DNA of 57,508 bases from a virus (lineage: Duplodnaviria; Caudoviricetes): the IMG/VR virus record IMGVR_UViG_3300020034_000016, positions 1 through 57,508 of that record; one strand, 5' to 3'. Made by a program: the position numbers and the translations under genes. Positions 54,479-57,508 of the stretch are shown here, piece after piece. The notes beneath the pieces are model-generated. The model made no database searches and was not told where the DNA came from. It saw nothing but the letters and a program-made list of their open reading frames with translations. Numbering within the stretch: the stretch's first letter is position 1; each line of letters begins with the position of its first letter.

Positions 54479-54673
54479 ATGAAAATTAAAGCGTCCCTCC
54501 CCCGGATTGAAATCAAAAGGTCAGAGAACGGCGAATGGTACTGGAGATACCTGGCTAAGAACGGCAAGCAGATATCCAGAAGTTCAGAGACCAATAAGCG
54601 CATCGCCACTGTTCAACGGTCAGTACAGATAATGAAAGGCTCAGGCGACGCTTCAATCATCACCATTAAATAA
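54479..54673 (+). CDS. DUF1508/YegP-like small protein
   Basis: EIKRSENGEWYWRYLAKNGKQISRSSE. Confidence 0.75.
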   Translation: MKIKASLPRIEIKRSENGEWYWRYLAKNGKQISRSSETNKRIATVQRSVQIMKGSGDASIITIK

Positions 54674-54679
54674 CCTGTT

Positions 54680-54901
54680 ATGTACGACGATAACTATGCA
54701 CGCGGCCTCCAAGTGAAATTCACCGAGGAAGATTTTTCTGAAGCCCGTAGTTCGGATGACATTATACGGGACCGTATTGGCCCTGAGAAGTTGGCTAAGA
54801 TGATTGAATACACAAAAGTCCTCCGCAAGAAACATCCAACAATGAAAGAGGACCGTGTAAAAAGAAAGGTAGCTGAATATTTTAAAGTGAAACTGACATG
54901 A
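54680..54901 (+). CDS. Hypothetical protein
   Basis: 73-aa coupled ORF. Confidence 0.6.
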   Translation: MYDDNYARGLQVKFTEEDFSEARSSDDIIRDRIGPEKLAKMIEYTKVLRKKHPTMKEDRVKRKVAEYFKVKLT

Positions 54902-55158
54902 GTGTAAAAGTAATTGCCAGGCTTATTCCTCCGGAGTACCGGCGCGAGATCTTGGTGACGAATATGATCACCACCGCTGTGGCCACCTCCACGGATGCGA
55001 ACATGCACTATCTCTGTACCATCTGGAGCAACTACGTGGAGCCCGGATGGACCCCCGATTGCAACCTTTGTTGCTCCAGGGTCCTGACCAATTATAAAAA
55101 CATGATCGATGAGCTGATCCAGTTGGAAAAGGAAAGCCAGCTCCTTAATGAAGCATGA
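54898..55158 (+). CDS. Hypothetical protein with CxxC
   Basis: DCNLCCSRV; ATGA couplings on both sides. Confidence 0.6.
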   Translation: MSVKVIARLIPPEYRREILVTNMITTAVATSTDANMHYLCTIWSNYVEPGWTPDCNLCCSRVLTNYKNMIDELIQLEKESQLLNEA

Positions 55159-55643
55159 CAACAATCACTGACATATACCAAGGAGCTATTCCTTTTATCA
55201 ACAGCCTGCTTCGAAAGGAGCTCATCGCGCAAGGGCACCATCTTACCGGTGCACTGGAGGAGTCTTTTGACGCGGAGATCTCGTCGACACGCAAGCAGGA
55301 CCTCATGGAAGGGATGGCAGCGCATTATGCGGAGTGGGTGAACAATGGATTTCCGGCAGCGAGTGCGAGCATGAAGCAGTTTCCTTTTGTCTATGCGTAC
55401 TTCCTGAAACGCGGACTATCGGAGCCTGATGCCAAAGGAGCAGCCTTCGGAACGATACGAAAGTGGATGAAAGAGGGTATGCCTACACAGGCCAGTAAGG
55501 CATATTCCAGTACAGGGAGCAGAACCAATATGATTGAGAATGCCTTTGCTGGTGCCGAATCCAAAATCGATGATTATCTCACCGACGGCTTTGATTTCGT
55601 GGTAGAGGAACGTTTTCAACTCGAAAAATCCGAAACGATATGA
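55155..55643 (+). CDS. Putative neck/tail completion protein (HK97 gp10-like)
   Basis: HHLTGALEES, YAEWVNNG, AFGTIRKWMKEGMP. Confidence 0.65.
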   Translation: MTTITDIYQGAIPFINSLLRKELIAQGHHLTGALEESFDAEISSTRKQDLMEGMAAHYAEWVNNGFPAASASMKQFPFVYAYFLKRGLSEPDAKGAAFGTIRKWMKEGMPTQASKAYSSTGSRTNMIENAFAGAESKIDDYLTDGFDFVVEERFQLEKSETI

Positions 55644-55879
55644 AATTCTGGGTAACTGAAATCCGGGCGCAGGACCCGGAAACCGAAAGAATGACAACCT
55701 GGATGGGACCAAATGTTCCGGGTAGTGACATCCATGATGCAGAGGCCTTTTGTCAACGTAATGGCCTTGGATATTGTAAGGTCGTTGCTGAGTTGGACGC
55801 GAGTTACCCCTGTAAGGCAAATTCGACGTTCTCGGATTTCACGCATGCAACGGAATACGAAAAGCCAAACCTTAATTAA
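55640..55879 (+). CDS. Hypothetical protein
   Basis: 79-aa coupled ORF. Confidence 0.55.
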   Translation: MKFWVTEIRAQDPETERMTTWMGPNVPGSDIHDAEAFCQRNGLGYCKVVAELDASYPCKANSTFSDFTHATEYEKPNLN

Positions 55880-57423
55880 TGCCAATAGGAACCTTCCTCT
55901 CCCAACCTTTCACAGACGGCATATACGCGGCCTATCGCCCCGTCATACTACAAGTGAGTGCCACCCGGACTGATGGCGCCACGACTCCCCCTGTTGTCTA
56001 CTGTGACATCTACTTCAACGATGTGTACTATAAGACACTTTCCAAAACACAATATGCAGCGATCAACGGTCCCTATTCGGAATGGCAGTTCGATATCCAG
56101 GATGCAGCGCAGGAATTCCTGAAATACTTTTTAGCCGATAACGGTGATGTGGATGTGGTAGAGGCCTTTCCTTTGGTTGTGAAGGCACAGTGCCGGGTCA
56201 GGAGCAGCGGATATGATGCCAACGGGTTTATCACTTCCGAGAATACGACGCCGGTGCAGGGCACCGGAAGCACTCCTCCGGTCTCGGGTACCGGATACGG
56301 TTCCAATTTCTTTTACATCCTCAATGCGACACTCCAAAATGAGGACAACCAGGACCTGGCTACGCATCTCAATGCTTTCAAGAAAAGAACCTGGTCGGCA
56401 TTGGCGTGGCCACTCACTCATCGTCCGGACCCCTACAAGGTATGCGTAGAAGATAGTGACATATTCCCCATCCTCTATTCCGGCGCGTCGCCATTGAGTT
56501 CTCTCGTCCTTAATTATAAATACCAGGGTCAGGTTGGTTTCAGTCAGGCAGAAGTTGAACTGAACACAGTATGCCAACCGGTGCAGATCGTTGGATCATA
56601 TGCCATGCCTGATGGCGCCAAGGATGTTGCTTATAACTATTTCATTCCGCTGACAGGTACTGCCCCTTTCACCCTGGAAGAGATCGTAAAGCCTGGCTGG
56701 ATGACGATCGCGATCGTGGATGACAAGGTCGTGTTTGGCGGCACGCCGATGGAGGCCGATGTGATGATCGATATCGTGATCTCATTTAAGGTTCGGAACT
56801 GTACGATCAACCTGGTTACCTACAGTGATAACATCATCGTATATGACGACGTCACTTGTGTACCTGTTTCAATATCTGGCGCCCCGGTTCTGCCCAATGC
56901 AACAATTGGCGACGCTTACTCCTTTTCTATACCGCTCAGTGGTAACTCTCCTTTCGCTCTAACGGATGTGGTCAAACCAGCGTGGATGACGATCACTATT
57001 CTCGGAGCAGAGATCTTATTCTACGGAACACCGGAGGAAGGACAAGGTGGTGAAGACATTCCTGTTTCCTTCACCGTCAATAACTGCACGGGCAATACCG
57101 TCGACTATGATCATCCAATTGATGTCCTGGAACCGGAAGGTGGTGGCTTGGTGGAAGTGATAATGACACCAGGCAACTTTCGGCGCGTAATCATTAGCAT
57201 TTCGGAGGTGCTGGCCTGTACCATCACGATTCGGTTCGATTATGATTGGGAGAATTTTATCACCAGCGAATTTGGCACCCGCGTAAATGAAACCAAGATG
57301 ATGATCATGGGATCGCAGCATGCCAATACTATCGTGAGTGGACCGGCCGAGAACATCACCGCTGTTCGGATCACGGCCGTCATTCCCCCGTTCTGCGGTG
57401 GACAAACTTTTCACTTTGATTAA
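55879..57423 (+). CDS. Tail-associated protein with two Ig-like repeats
   Basis: Duplicated C.PV.I.G...P......AY...IPL.G..PF.L...VKP.WMTI.I unit. Confidence 0.7.
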   Translation: MPIGTFLSQPFTDGIYAAYRPVILQVSATRTDGATTPPVVYCDIYFNDVYYKTLSKTQYAAINGPYSEWQFDIQDAAQEFLKYFLADNGDVDVVEAFPLVVKAQCRVRSSGYDANGFITSENTTPVQGTGSTPPVSGTGYGSNFFYILNATLQNEDNQDLATHLNAFKKRTWSALAWPLTHRPDPYKVCVEDSDIFPILYSGASPLSSLVLNYKYQGQVGFSQAEVELNTVCQPVQIVGSYAMPDGAKDVAYNYFIPLTGTAPFTLEEIVKPGWMTIAIVDDKVVFGGTPMEADVMIDIVISFKVRNCTINLVTYSDNIIVYDDVTCVPVSISGAPVLPNATIGDAYSFSIPLSGNSPFALTDVVKPAWMTITILGAEILFYGTPEEGQGGEDIPVSFTVNNCTGNTVDYDHPIDVLEPEGGGLVEVIMTPGNFRRVIISISEVLACTITIRFDYDWENFITSEFGTRVNETKMMIMGSQHANTIVSGPAENITAVRITAVIPPFCGGQTFHFD

Positions 57424-57430
57424 TTGAACT

Positions 57431-57508
57431 ATGGCAAAGGCATACTATATACCCAACGGCCCGAAGAATCTCCAGGATCTGTTCCCGGATATCGACTTCA
57501 ATGACTTG
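57431..57508 (+). CDS. Structural gene, 3' truncated by window edge
   Basis: MAKAYYIPNGPKNLQDLFPDIDFNDL... Confidence 0.5.
   Translation, partial: MAKAYYIPNGPKNLQDLFPDIDFNDL

Larger units (their letters stand above)
1..57508. mobile_element. Temperate tailed phage of a Bacteroidota host; partial genome spanning attP
   Basis: Integrase, cI/cro, RecT, primase-helicase, terminase, tail and lysis genes throughout, with no host housekeeping synteny. Phage genes lie on both sides of a tRNA-derived att core. Confidence 0.93.

Noticed and set aside
1-57508. CRISPR array, IS element or rRNA
   Set aside because: No regularly spaced repeat-spacer series, transposase or rRNA-like sequence was seen.

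Overview
The whole window is a temperate phage of a Bacteroidota host, judged from TTTG..TAnnTTTG promoters, A-rich initiation regions and Gln-ending signal peptides. It appears to be in the excised/attP configuration. Left to right: end of the tail module (a 1415-aa fibre-like SGNH protein and a polysaccharide lyase, both with signal peptides); lysis cassette; small accessory genes with an SRAP; a 7-gene glycan-modification operon; tyrosine integrase with attP (3' half of tRNA-Arg(ACG), flanked by arm repeats); cI/cro switch; initiator-like tRNA-Met; RecT recombination module; a diversity-generating retroelement (DGR); beta clamp; a PRTRC ubiquitin-like cassette; replication genes; DNA methylase; terminase; and the start of the tail module with a likely -1 frameshifted chaperone. 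Main highlights: (1) a compact DGR with no recognisable Avd, whose ~69-bp TR has mutagenised two small non-structural proteins in the early/replication region, ~2 kb upstream of the Ubl/E2/E1 cassette; (2) a 13-14-bp motif shared by the upstream regions of the glycan operon, the terminase operon and the tail operon, suggesting virion glycosylation; (3) tail-module proteins with Sec signal peptides. Portal, capsid and tape-measure genes were not seen in this window. All family calls are from motif recognition by eye, not database searches.
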